A DNA stretch of 60,425 nt, filler included, from Basidiobolus meristosporus CBS 931.73 (lineage: Eukaryota > Fungi > Basidiobolomycota), in NCBI GenBank assembly GCA_002104905.1. It is 3 parts of 3 records of this genome, joined end to end, with 100 filler letters (N's around TTAATTAATTAA, not from the genome) between each part and the next. Parts side by side here need not be neighbours in the genome. Positions count along the whole stretch, not along the records: positions 1 to 21,322 come from MCFE01000991.1; 2 more parts are not named here. The stretch is one strand, 5' to 3'. Each line of letters starts with the position of its first letter. The stretch's first letter is position 1. Positions 10,895 through 21,086 of the stretch are shown in pieces. The notes under the pieces are model-generated. The model was not told where the DNA came from. It was given only the letters and a program-made list of their open reading frames with translations, and did no database searches. The position numbers and the translations under genes were made by a program.

Positions 10895-13196
10895 GGTCTG
10901 GCTGGTGTCTACGTTTCCGGGGGACTCTTAGAGATGTTGCTGTTAAGGATATTTAGCTGAAGCATTGTGAAGTAATAAACATTCCTTTGACCCAGCTGTG
11001 TTATGCTCATTGCACTGTGAGCATCTAACATATGTGTGAATTGCTACTTTGATTGTCTAAGTGTAGCGTGAAAGCAGAGTTTTGCCCGGCCATGCTTTTG
11101 ATCAGATATATGTGTACAACTGCCATGTATAGGCATCCGTTCCAGCAATCAGTATCGTGTCACACGCTCCGCACTTCTGAAGACAATCATTTTCTGTTGC
11201 GGTCAATATGATATGGCACCCCTGAGGTCTTTCAGGTACCTGGAGAGGTCTTCGCTTTTGCCTTTGTAGATGATATAGGCCGTATAAGCATTGGTTTCCG
11301 GTAACCTTGATTCCTTGGCTTTAGAAAAGGCATTGTTTAACTTCTGTTACTAAACAATTTGGATCTCAGCATATATCCCAAATAACCTTGAGACCGTTAT
11401 GCACCTATCAGCGGAACACCACTTTGAGTCTGTAGCATCTATGTAAGTGTTAAAGAAATCAACGTGTCTCCGCTGGTCTAAGGAGAAAAAATAGAGTATC
11501 TTGAACTCTTATTTCGAGTACTCCTATAAAATAAAGCATCTTGCAGCCATACAAGTATTTTGCTAGATGCTGAGCTCCGCAACCTTAGCTATTGTACCTA
11601 GAAAGAGCATGGCAAATTTGGTGAGTTGCCTACTGGTCCACACTTCAGGTGCAATATAGAGTGAAGCTTACAATATGTTTACCCACATTGACTTAAGCTA
11701 GAAATACAAAGTGCCAGCAATTGACTATATAGATAAAGTTGGAAATAATAAGCATTTGCTTTGCTCTTATATCACTCAAATACCTTATTACTCAACTTGG
11801 CTAAGTGTCTATTAGCAGTTTATGTATTTGGGAGTTTGCCTGCAGGTTAAGTGGCCTTAAAAAAAGGTCAAAAAATGGATTTTCTCCAACACAATGGGTG
11901 AGACACAGAGGCTACTTGGCATGTAAATGTAGAGCTATGTTACACATTCTGTGGCCAAGTAAAGGTCTGCTGTGCCCCTCTGGCACATGATGGCACTATT
12001 CGGCACTCATGGCTCAATGTGGCACTATTCAACGGAACAGGTCTATGATATGGATCTTTTGGTTTGGCTAAACTTACAATTTTCAATATCTCAGGTTCTA
12101 TTGTTTTTACAGACAAGGATAAATTCTTTCTCGGGGGTGAATAGGCTGAATAACCTTTCCACAAGATTTGGTAATATGCTATCGTGAAATTCACACTTAC
12201 TAGGTGTGTGACAAGTATTACTGTTGTCCAAGGTTGATGATTCTGTAAACAGAATAGGAGATTTTAAAGCGCTTCAGTTAAACCTTTTTCGAATAACTGT
12301 CACACAGATACAACACGCTTTACGATACAGTTGAAAGAAAAAGATGCGATATCGAAGAGAGTGTTATTGTAGAGTCAATGGCAACTACTTCAACGAGTAT
12401 TCTGGGTGTAATTTCCCGCTTAAAAGCTTGTCCAAGGTGTTTTTAGTCGCTGTACTTCTTGATAGACGTGCGGTGCTTGTGTGCAGAACGTGATTTTCTC
12501 TTGGACAGTTGTTCTTCAGATACCGGGAACGAAAACAGATATGTTTAATAAACGATATCCGAAACAATTGGAATGTTTGTACTTCACAACGCCTACACTG
12601 AATAATGAGCCTGCTACACGGGATACTCTACTATTTTGGGTTTATTTCCCAATTTGTCCAAGTTGCGAACCCGATTGAAAACCCAGTTTATACTCCGAAT
12701 ACGTGGTAAATGATGATCAGCAACTCAACCGCAGATTTTGATAAACTATTAAAATTCCAGATAGTCGGCCAATCAATAACAGGCAGCAAAATGTCGATGG
12801 ATCCTACCATACAAACTCCATCACAATCAAATAAACATACATTTACCTTGATTCCTTGATAAATCTGGCGAAGTCTTGCACATCAGGGTCACCAAGGATC
12901 AATCTCTAAGTGGGTGTCGCTGAATATGAGGGTTCCAACATTTGTGAAGTGTCAGGAGTAACCTTGTTCTGAGGTGAAGAACTCTGAGAGCCCAAATGCT
13001 TTAAGGGCAGCATATCTGTATGGTGAGGCAGGTAGATCTAGAGCCATAGAGTAGAGGCAATACACTGCGAACTTGGCCAACCTGGTATAGTCACTTTTAG
13101 ACTGAGGGTCAAGTTTGTAGTATCCGTATTAAGCCAACTTTTGTATTTAAAGAAATAAGGAAAGTATCAAGGAAGTTATGAGTTATTGGCAAATCA

Positions 13197-13275
13197 TTAG
13201 TGATTGATTTACAATGCACCGAGATCATTTTTGGTTAGTGATTGATTTACAATACACTGAGATCATTTTTGGTTA
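13197..13275. repeat. 38-bp tandem duplication upstream of the reductase gene
   Basis: ttagtgattgatttacaat(g/a)cac(c/t)gagatcatttttgg occurs twice. Confidence 0.9.
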
Positions 13276-13543
13276 CCTAAGAGAAATCCAAGACGTAGAG
13301 AAACCAAAAGTGGATGCTTACCTAAATGGGGTCAGACACCTGAATAGGGAGCTGCTGTTGATATAATGCCTATCTGGAGATGACCACCCTGGAGGACACC
13401 CTAACATTGCGACGATAATACATTCTAAAAATCAACGGTAATCCATTCTAGATATACCAAATTGCCTCAAATTATTAAGCGGTCCTTCATATAAATTGTC
13501 CCTGTCAACATCATATACATCAGGACGATTGAAAGAAGCAGAT

Positions 13544-15502
13544 ATGAGACACGTAATTATTGGAGGTGTAGCCGGTGGAGCCACAGCAGCCGCCCGGTTG
13601 AGAAGAGCAGATGAGTTGGCCAAGATCATTCTATTGGAGAAGGGGCCCCATATCTCTTACGCCAACTGTGGTTTGCCGTATTATATAGGCGGTGTCATTG
13701 TCGATCGTGCTAAGCTGCTGTTGCAGACCTCGCAATCGTTCGGCAAGCGTTTCCGTATTGACGTGCGGATACAGAGTGAGGTAACCGGCATTCATCCAGC
13801 GAATAAAACCCTGACAATCCGTAAGGCAAGCGGGGAAGAATACACAGAGAGCTATGACAAGCTTTTGTTGTCTCCCGGTGCCAATCCCGTCAAGCCACCT
13901 TTGGATGGTATCAACTCGGAAGGTATCTTTACACTACGCAATGTGGAAGATACGGACCATATCAAGGCCTATATCGCTGAGAAGCAGGTGAAGCGCGCCG
14001 TCGTTGTAGGAGCAGGATTTATCGGACTCGAGATGGCAGAGAGCTTACATCGTGCCGGTGTGGCCATTTCCGTAGTAGAGATGGGCAATCAAGTTATGGC
14101 ACCTATTGACTTTTCTATGGCTGCACATATTCATCAACACTTGACACAAAAAGGGGTATCTCTCTACCTTGAAGAAAGTGTGACGCACTTTCATCGCACA
14201 GAGAGCGGCCTGATCGTTTTCCTAAAGAGCGGGAATGCTATTCCGGCCGATATGGTGTTATTATCTATTGGCGTGCGTCCATCAACAGAATTGGCGCAGC
14301 AAGCAGGCTTGAGGTTAGGAGAGACGGGTGGCATCTGGGTGGATGAGCACTTGGAAACATCCCAAAAGGATATCTATGCAGTGGGTGATGCCATTGAATA
14401 TCCCCATCCGTTGACCAAGAAGCCGTGGCTCAATTACCTTGCCAATCCTGCCAATCGCCAAGGTCGAATTGTGGCTGATAACATGGTATTTGGTAATACT
14501 GTCTCTTATGAGGGAGCAATCGGCACTTCAATTGCCAAGGTATTTGACATGACCGTGGCATCTACGGGACTTGCAGCCAAGCGTCTGAAGCAACTGGGTA
14601 TGGAATACCAGAGCTCAGTAACTCACTCCTCCTCCCATGCTGGGTACTATCCGGGTGCTTTGCCCCTGACGTTAAAGTTGATTTACCACCCAACTACCGG
14701 TAAGCTTTATGGTGCACAATGTGTGGGTTACGAAGGTGTGGATAAGCGTATTGATCAGATAGCCGGACTCATTAAGCATGGCGGGACTGTATACAACCTG
14801 AAAGAAACAGAGCACTCCTATGCCCCTCCGTACTCATCTGCTAAAGATCCTATAGCTATCGGCGGTTATGTCGCTTGCAATATCATTGGTGGAGCCATGC
14901 CAGCTATTTCCTGGCGCGAACTTGTTGAAGAACAAGAGAAAGTGATGATAATTGATGTCCGCACTGTGGAGGAATATTCTTTCAGTTCCATTCCAGGTGC
15001 GATTAATATTCCCTTGGACGATTTACGAGAACATCTTGCCGAGATCCCGACAAATAAGCCGGTTGTCCTATACTGTATCATAGGACTGCGCGGATATCTT
15101 GCTCAGCGCATATTGATGGGGCGCGGATATCAGAATGTACGTAATTTGATCGGGGGTTATAAGACTTATTCCGCCAGCATTGCTCCGGTTCCCAAGCCAT
15201 TCCCTGTGCCTTCTTCCCAGTCAGCTGCTGCTTCAACAGAAACTCCTTCAATTGCCTTGAAGGTAAATCTTTGTGCTTTACAATGCCCTGGGCCTATCTT
15301 GCAGGTGAAGCAAGCGATGGATAAGATTGCTGTTGGTGAACGTGTGGAAATCATTGCTACTGACGCAGTTTTAGCTCGTGACGCTGCTGCATGGTGCGAT
15401 GCTACAGGAAACCAACTGATCGAGAAGCATGAAGAAAAAGGACGCTACACAATTATTCTTGAAAAGGTCGCACCTACTGTTATATCCAATTCAACGCTGT
15501 AA
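13544..15502 (+). CDS. cdr: CoA-disulfide/persulfide reductase (pyridine nucleotide-disulfide oxidoreductase) fused to rhodanese and TusA/SirA-like domains; bacterial type, intronless
   Basis: FAD motif VIIGGVAGG at the likely start (ATG 13544). Redox Cys in SYANCGLPY, NAD(P)H motif VVVGAGFIG, dimerisation-domain YAPPYSSAKD, rhodanese DVRT...YCIIGLRG, and TusA motif LQCPGP...ATD...AWC. Confidence 0.95.
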   Translation: MRHVIIGGVAGGATAAARLRRADELAKIILLEKGPHISYANCGLPYYIGGVIVDRAKLLLQTSQSFGKRFRIDVRIQSEVTGIHPANKTLTIRKASGEEYTESYDKLLLSPGANPVKPPLDGINSEGIFTLRNVEDTDHIKAYIAEKQVKRAVVVGAGFIGLEMAESLHRAGVAISVVEMGNQVMAPIDFSMAAHIHQHLTQKGVSLYLEESVTHFHRTESGLIVFLKSGNAIPADMVLLSIGVRPSTELAQQAGLRLGETGGIWVDEHLETSQKDIYAVGDAIEYPHPLTKKPWLNYLANPANRQGRIVADNMVFGNTVSYEGAIGTSIAKVFDMTVASTGLAAKRLKQLGMEYQSSVTHSSSHAGYYPGALPLTLKLIYHPTTGKLYGAQCVGYEGVDKRIDQIAGLIKHGGTVYNLKETEHSYAPPYSSAKDPIAIGGYVACNIIGGAMPAISWRELVEEQEKVMIIDVRTVEEYSFSSIPGAINIPLDDLREHLAEIPTNKPVVLYCIIGLRGYLAQRILMGRGYQNVRNLIGGYKTYSASIAPVPKPFPVPSSQSAAASTETPSIALKVNLCALQCPGPILQVKQAMDKIAVGERVEIIATDAVLARDAAAWCDATGNQLIEKHEEKGRYTIILEKVAPTVISNSTL

Positions 15503-15572
15503 ATAAACCATTCACTAGAACCTTATTTTTGCTCCCGCTTGCAACATGGAGCTATTTATTACGTGAAAAACC

Positions 15573-15660
15573 TTGTAAATCTAAGGATATATGCTAGTTC
15601 AATCGAACTGTTTACAACGTGAGTAATTTTGTAAATCTAAGGATATATGCTAGTTCAATC
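15573..15660. repeat. Two perfect 32-bp direct repeats in the shared 3' intergenic region
   Basis: ttgtaaatctaaggatatatgctagttcaatc at 15573-15604 and 15629-15660. Confidence 0.9.
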
Positions 15661-15719
15661 AAAAACTTCCTTTCCCACTATTTCTAAAATCAGAAGATAG
15701 CTTTACATATTTATTGCTA

Positions 15720-16531
15720 TTATGCATCATCCACCAACTTGAAACTTTCTCTTGATGATACCTTTGTTAGATACTGTTGTAGGTTAGGTCTTCCTGAGAA
15801 CACTACATCGCCTTTGATTGACTTTAGATGGACCAGTAATGGGATGACGTGGACGTCAGCAGCTGTATACTTCACCCCCACAATATAAGGCCCACTTTCT
15901 AACTGGTCCTCTAGCTGATCCAGGAACAATTCTGCCTTTCGCCATTCAGCTCTGTGGAGATCATATAGAGGCTGTGCTTGTTCAGGATACTTGTAGGCAA
16001 CTAGGAAAGAATTCGTCTGCTGTAGCTTCTCACGATAAAATGGTGTATTTTGTCGCTGAATGAACTTGGTCAAGGCTTTTACACGACCCTCAAAAAATCC
16101 TTCTACAAAGGCCCTCTTACGCTCCAGTTCAACAAAATCGGATGGAGAAAACACCAAGAGAAACCCATCAATATTGTGTTAATCCAGTGAGTAATAGTTG
16201 CCATATCACTGGTGGTGTATAACTCAGTTCCAGGATAGTTGGAGTCAAGATACTCGGTAATGGTAGTGGAATCCTCCAAAATCTGATTAGTATCTGTATT
16301 TACTAAGGTAGGGACAGTGGCATATTTGTTGATCCTAGCATAAATGGTTACATATGTGCAGCAGGCGGCAGCTACATTACTATCTTACCGAAGGTATGAA
16401 GGCGAAAAGTTTTCTCCAGCTGCCAGATTGACCTCAATCACCTCAATGTCCGTAATATTCTTTTCAGCCAAAGTAAGACGAACTGATCTTGGCCACAGCG
16501 CTTGCTTGAAGGAGTAGAACTTGACTGGCAT
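15720..16531 (-). CDS. Glutathione S-transferase (GST-N + GST-C), one intron, one apparent 1-nt frameshift
   Basis: Exon 1 16531-16389, intron 16388-16335 (GTAAGA..CTAG, 54 nt), exon 2. Motifs include VRLTLAEK, GENFSPSYLRIN..TVPTL, LEDSTTITEYLD and GPYIVG.KYTAADVH. The frame shifts near 16174 (AA where AAA restores TNIDGFLLVF). TATATA lies about 35-40 nt upstream. Confidence 0.9.
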
Positions 16532-17510
16532 ATTTTGAATATCGAGTTTTGCTGAGCGTTGATCTTATATAGAAGAGTAGGTGATATTTCTGTTAGATGG
16601 ATGCCAACAGCTATTGATTGGTGTACAACGTTTGGCTTACGGATTTCAACGATCGGAATGTTCATTGGACTGGAAACTGTTTACCACTTTGGGATTATCT
16701 TTGGTCCGTGCTCAGCTATGCCGCTTTTCCTGTTTTTTAAACTCTATGACTAGTATCACCCTGCTAATTCAATCTTACTGCCAAATTAGATTCTGCAGGT
16801 ATTGTGCCTAATAAAGTAATTCTTACAGTGATTGGTAAGCAATTTAATGTGATCAGTGGCATTTAAGCCTGTTACTGGCTCTTAATAACTGCCTCATCAA
16901 TATCAATATCTATACCAACACTTTTGAAAGCCAAGACTTGTGCAAGGTCAGTGCCAATAGTACTGCCAAATTGCAGATCAGTGACACCAATTGCATTCCA
17001 TATTACAAGTCAACAGCAACTTCATAATAGCCCACATTGTATGGGTTGATGTTATGACTGCATTATCACATGTTTTCTGCCCAGCTATTGATATTATAAT
17101 TTGGCAACAACATGAATAGATCCAATAAATTGTGCTGAAGACCCAAACAATAGAAAATCTGGACTTCCCTGTACACATTTAGGTAGAGCTAAGTGCAAGT
17201 GTTGCAAAAGTAGTTTACCAGCTCCTAAACATCCCATTAGCTCAAGCAGTAGTCTATGAGCTTTTCATCTCCTGACCAGTGCCTGCTATCATTGAATAAT
17301 CATATGAAAACCGCATAATCCATGCATGGATCAAATCAATCTCACTATCATCAAAAACTGAACATCACAAAAATTTCATCAACTGCTGCTACACCTTGTG
17401 AGCACACATATGGTCCATGCTGAGCTGATTTGTGATATATTCAAGAGAAATGTGTAACAAAATTCTTGAATGGTTTAACTAAATCAAAGGGACAACTAAG
17501 TTCAGAATTA

Positions 17511-19130
17511 TAAGGGGGGAGACAGTCACCAACAGGTGAAATCTTTCTTTCAGTAGAAACAAAGAAGTCAGCGCTACTGTTGTAGCTTTGATACAAGAGT
17601 GTGTAGCTGAGGGGAATTTGTAGGTAAGTTAATAAGAAGCGATGATAGTTCTTAAGTGCTCAACACACTGTTCAGTGGGAAGGGGGGTAGCAAGAGAGGT
17701 AAGAATGACCTGTGCACAACATTAATGAGGGGAATGTGATAAGGATTGATATTCATCATAAAGGGAGTGTGCTGCTGCAGATATTGCTGCCAAAGGTCTG
17801 TCAAGTACTTCAGGTAGGCCAGCTTGGGTTTTTCTGACTGCAGAATAAATTCAGCAAACTTCTTGACTTCAGGACCTCCAAGTATAGTTCTCCAGCAGGA
17901 GCCAAATGTAGTGTGGTGTGTTCACTTCCAGGCCTTAATCAGTGGGTTGTTGCAGTGGTGAAGTCTGAGATATAATCTGGCTCTAAGGTAGAGAAGTCTG
18001 ATCTTATAGGGCATAAACCCAAAAGCACCAAGAATAGCATGTCTGTAGGGGCATTCAGGCAAATGAGGCACCAAGGAGGTAATGCACCATACTGCAAACT
18101 TGTCAAGCTTAGTGCAGTCTCTAGAAGTAAGAGAGAGAAGTGGTAAGCCACATTCCAGGACAGGGAAGACAAACTGCTTGAGTAGAAGAAGGCAGCTGGG
18201 AGCTGAAGTTGTAGGAGGAGTAACAGCCAGTAGCTAGTGGAGTGCCTGTCTTGCCAGGAAAATTCTCTTCTTGGGATGTGCTCCAGAGTCTAGTCCAGCA
18301 GGAAGGAAAGGAAAGCCAAGATATGTAGCAAAAACCTGAGCAGGTAGAGTGGAGTTCTCCAAGTTGATGGGAGAGCCCAAAGGTACTATATTTGCAATGG
18401 AAAGCAGGAAATTACTCTTCTGCAGATACTGGTGGATGGTCTGGGAGTCTTGTTGCACATTGGAGGAGGATATTCTGATGTCATCAGCAAAGAGAGTAAC
18501 CAGGCAGTCAGCTGAGAGTCTTGGGAAATCATTCAGGAAGATGGCAAACAGTATAGGACCAAGCACAGTGCCTTGAACCACTCCATTAGGAACTGAGAAC
18601 ACTGGTGATTGCTCACTTGGGTGCAGAATTCTTGCTTGTGGATCCAGAAACAGGGACCTGACAAGGAGGGTGAGAGAGGTACTGGAGAAGCATTGCAACT
18701 TGGACCAAAGCAGATTTCTGTCAACTGAATCAAAGGCCTTAGTAATATCAAACAGAACTGAGGGATACTAGCACTGGAGAGAGTGATCTTGGCTAAGTAT
18801 GACTGCATATTCCAAGGAGAGGCCAGGAACAAAGCCAAACTGTGCAGGATGAAACTTGAGGGAGCCAGAGTAGAGCTCCTGAGCAAGCAGAAGCTCAAAC
18901 ACCTTTCTGCAGGTGGGCAGCAGAGATATTGGCCTGTAGGTGCTAGGATCCAGGTGCTTTCCTTTACCCTTGTACAGTGGCAGAACATTTGCAAAGGACC
19001 ATTCCTCAGGAGTAGAAAGCTGGGCTGAGCATTGCTGAAACAGTGGAAGCAGAAGTGCAGACATGGCCTTGGTACTAGTCCTCAGAAGCTCATAGGAGAT
19101 TGTGTCCACACCTGGAGCAGTAGAGTTGGG
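17511..19130 (-). mobile_element. 5'-truncated non-LTR (LINE-type) retrotransposon, telomere-proximal copy 1, pseudogenised
   Basis: Collinear with copy 2 over about 1620 bp. Premature TAG stops at two Lys codons (near 18770 and 18236) and a TAA near 17655. The 3' end is ...GACTGTCTCCCCCC with no poly(A). Confidence 0.92.
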
Positions 19131-19142
19131 TTAGGGTTAGGG
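19131..19142 (+). repeat. Two TTAGGG units exactly at the 5' truncation point of LINE copy 1
   Basis: Copy 2 continues gagttgggAAGCC (20888-20900), whereas copy 1 reads gagttgggTTAGGGTTAGGG. Confidence 0.9.
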
Positions 19143-19280
19143 GAGGTGTTGTGCATCAACATTTAAAACTTGGCCCATTTTACTCCGTTTAAAATCTAGT
19201 ACCCTAACTGATTTTCCCTAACCCAAACATAACAAATCCCAGTTACAGTTAATTTTATCCCACCTCAGAATCTATTTTAG
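19143..19280 (+). mobile_element. PPT plus first about 135 bp of a copia-type LTR, lying between the two LINE copies
   Basis: A purine tract precedes TGTTGTGCATCAAC at 19147. The reverse complement matches 48100-48238 and 48325-48470. Confidence 0.65.
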
Positions 19281-21086
19281 GGGGGAGACAGTCACCAACA
19301 GGTGAAATCTTTATTTCAGTTGAAACAAAGAAGCCAGCGCTACTGTTGTAGCTTTGATACAAGAGTGTGTAGCTGAGGGGAAATTGTAGGTAAGTTAATA
19401 AGAAGTGATGATAGCTCTTCAGTGCTCAAGACACTGTTCAGTGGGAAGGGGGGTAGCAAGAGAGGTAAGAATGACTTGTGAACAACATTAATGAGGGGAA
19501 TGTGATAAGGATTGATATTCATCATAAAGGAGTGTGCTGCTGCAGATATTGCTGCCAAAGGTCTGTCAAGTACTTCAGGTAGGCCAGCTTGGGTTTTTCT
19601 GACTGCAGAATAAATTCAGCAAACTTCTTGACTTCAGGTTCTCCAAGTATAGTTCTCCAGCAGGAGCCAGGTGTTGTGTGATGTGTTCTCTTCCAGGCCT
19701 TAATCAGTGGGTTGTTGCAGTGGTGAAGTCTGAGATATAATCTGGTTCTAAGGTAGAGAAGTCTGATCTTATAGGGCATAAACCCAAAAGCACCAAGAAT
19801 AGCATGTCTGTAGGGGCATTCAGGCAAATGAGTCACCAAGGAGGTAATGCACCATACTGCAAACTTGTCAAGCTTAGTGCAGTCTCTAGAAGTAAGAGAG
19901 AGAAGTGGTAAGCCAAATTCCAGGACAGGGAAGACAAACTGCTTGAGTAGAAGAAGGCAGCTGGGAGCTGAAGTTGTAGGAGGAGTAACAGCCAGTAGCT
20001 TGTGGAGTGCCTGTCTTGCCAGGATAATTCTCTTCTTCAGGTGTGCTCCAGAGTCTAGTCCAGTAGGAAGGAAAGGAAAGCCAAGATATGTAGCAGAAAC
20101 CTGAGCAGGTAGAGTGGAGTTCTCCAAGTTGATGGAAGAGCCCAAAGGTACTGTCTTTGCAATGGAAAGCTGGAGATTATTCTTCTGCAGATACTGGTGG
20201 ATGGTCTGGGAGTCTTGTTGCACATTGGAGGAGGATATTCTGATGTCATCAGCAAAGAGAGTAACCAGGCAGTCAGCTGAGAGTCTTGGGAAGTCATTCA
20301 AGAAGATGGCAAACAGTATAGGACCAAGCACAGTGCCTTGAACCACTCCATTAGGAACTGAGAACACAGCTGATTGCTCACTTGGGTGCAGAATTCTTGC
20401 TTGTGGATCCAGAAACAGAGACCTGACAAGGAGGGTGAGAGAGGTACTGGAGAAGCATTGCAACTTGGACCAAAGCAGATTTCTGTCAACTGAATCAAAG
20501 GCCTTAGTAATATCAAACAGAACTGAGGGATACTTGCACTGGAGAGAGTGATCTTGGCTAAGTATGACTGCATATTCCAAGGAGAGGCCAGGAACAAAGC
20601 CAAACTGTGCAGGATGAAACTTGAGGGAGTTAGAGTAGAGCTCCTGAGCAAGCAGAAGCTCAAACACCTTTCTGCAGGTGGGCAGCAGAGATATTGGCCT
20701 GTAGGAGCTAGGATCCAGGTGCTTTCCTTTACCCTTGTACAGTGGCAGAACATTTGCAAAGGACCATTCCTCAGGAGTAGAAAGCTGGGCTGAGCATTGC
20801 TGAAACAGTGGAAGCAGAAGTGCAGACATGGCCTTGGTACTAGTCTTCAGAAGCTCATAGGAGATTGTGTCCACACCTGGAGCAGTAGAGTTGGGAAGCC
20901 TCTTGAGCACATTATGGATTCTCCTTTGATCAAGTGCAAGTGGGATGGGCAGAGTCTTGAAGTCAGGATGAAAGCCAGGAGTTGAGTACTGCTTTGTAGA
21001 GAAGAAGATGTTAGCCAGCTGTTCTGTTGAAGGTAACTTCCTGGAAGAGGGCCTCATTGCCCTGTAGAGTCTTGATACTGTTCTTG
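19277..21086 (-). mobile_element. 5'-truncated non-LTR (LINE-type) retrotransposon, telomere-distal copy 2, nearly intact
   Basis: Contains the RT ORF. The 3' end reads CCCCCCTAA on the sense strand. The 5' end is fused directly to the telomere array, with the frame open into it (CTA ACA AGA ACA GTA...). Confidence 0.95.
19522..21057 (-). CDS. Reverse transcriptase of LINE type; N-terminal endonuclease region absent by truncation
   Basis: Motifs APGVDTI, SYRPISLL, QFGF, DITKAFDSV, GVVQGTVLGPILF, LFADD and YLG. A 1-nt difference at 19529-19530 (GG vs GGG in copies 1 and 3) suggests the native ORF extends about 60 aa further, to about 19340. Confidence 0.95.
   Translation of the reverse strand: MRPSSRKLPSTEQLANIFFSTKQYSTPGFHPDFKTLPIPLALDQRRIHNVLKRLPNSTAPGVDTISYELLKTSTKAMSALLLPLFQQCSAQLSTPEEWSFANVLPLYKGKGKHLDPSSYRPISLLPTCRKVFELLLAQELYSNSLKFHPAQFGFVPGLSLEYAVILSQDHSLQCKYPSVLFDITKAFDSVDRNLLWSKLQCFSSTSLTLLVRSLFLDPQARILHPSEQSAVFSVPNGVVQGTVLGPILFAIFLNDFPRLSADCLVTLFADDIRISSSNVQQDSQTIHQYLQKNNLQLSIAKTVPLGSSINLENSTLPAQVSATYLGFPFLPTGLDSGAHLKKRIILARQALHKLLAVTPPTTSAPSCLLLLKQFVFPVLEFGLPLLSLTSRDCTKLDKFAVWCITSLVTHLPECPYRHAILGAFGFMPYKIRLLYLRTRLYLRLHHCNNPLIKAWKRTHHTTPGSCWRTILGEPEVKKFAEFILQSEKPKLAYLKYLTDLWQQYLQQHTPL

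Noticed and set aside
11070-13000. Fragments resembling enzymes (CDTILIAG, HNGLKVIWDI, IFSDTH) on the minus strand
   Set aside because: Motifs are too short, interrupted by stops and in inconsistent frames. Probably a decayed intron-containing gene, but I cannot name it.
13544-15502. Bacterial contaminant contig
   Set aside because: No neighbouring bacterial genes or operon structure, and the same gap-free contig carries spliced fungal genes and a telomere. A chimeric join still needs read-level exclusion.
13197-15660. 38-bp and 32-bp direct repeats near a bacterial-type gene as CRISPR remnants
   Set aside because: Only two units each, one pair has no spacer, there are no cas genes, and the context is eukaryotic.
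19522-21057. Classification as Penelope-like (Athena/Coprina) or as telomerase RT
   Set aside because: The orientation fits, but the motifs (SYRPISLL, QFGF, GV.QG.VLGP, LFADD) are those of LINE-type RTs, and there are no TERT T or CP motifs.
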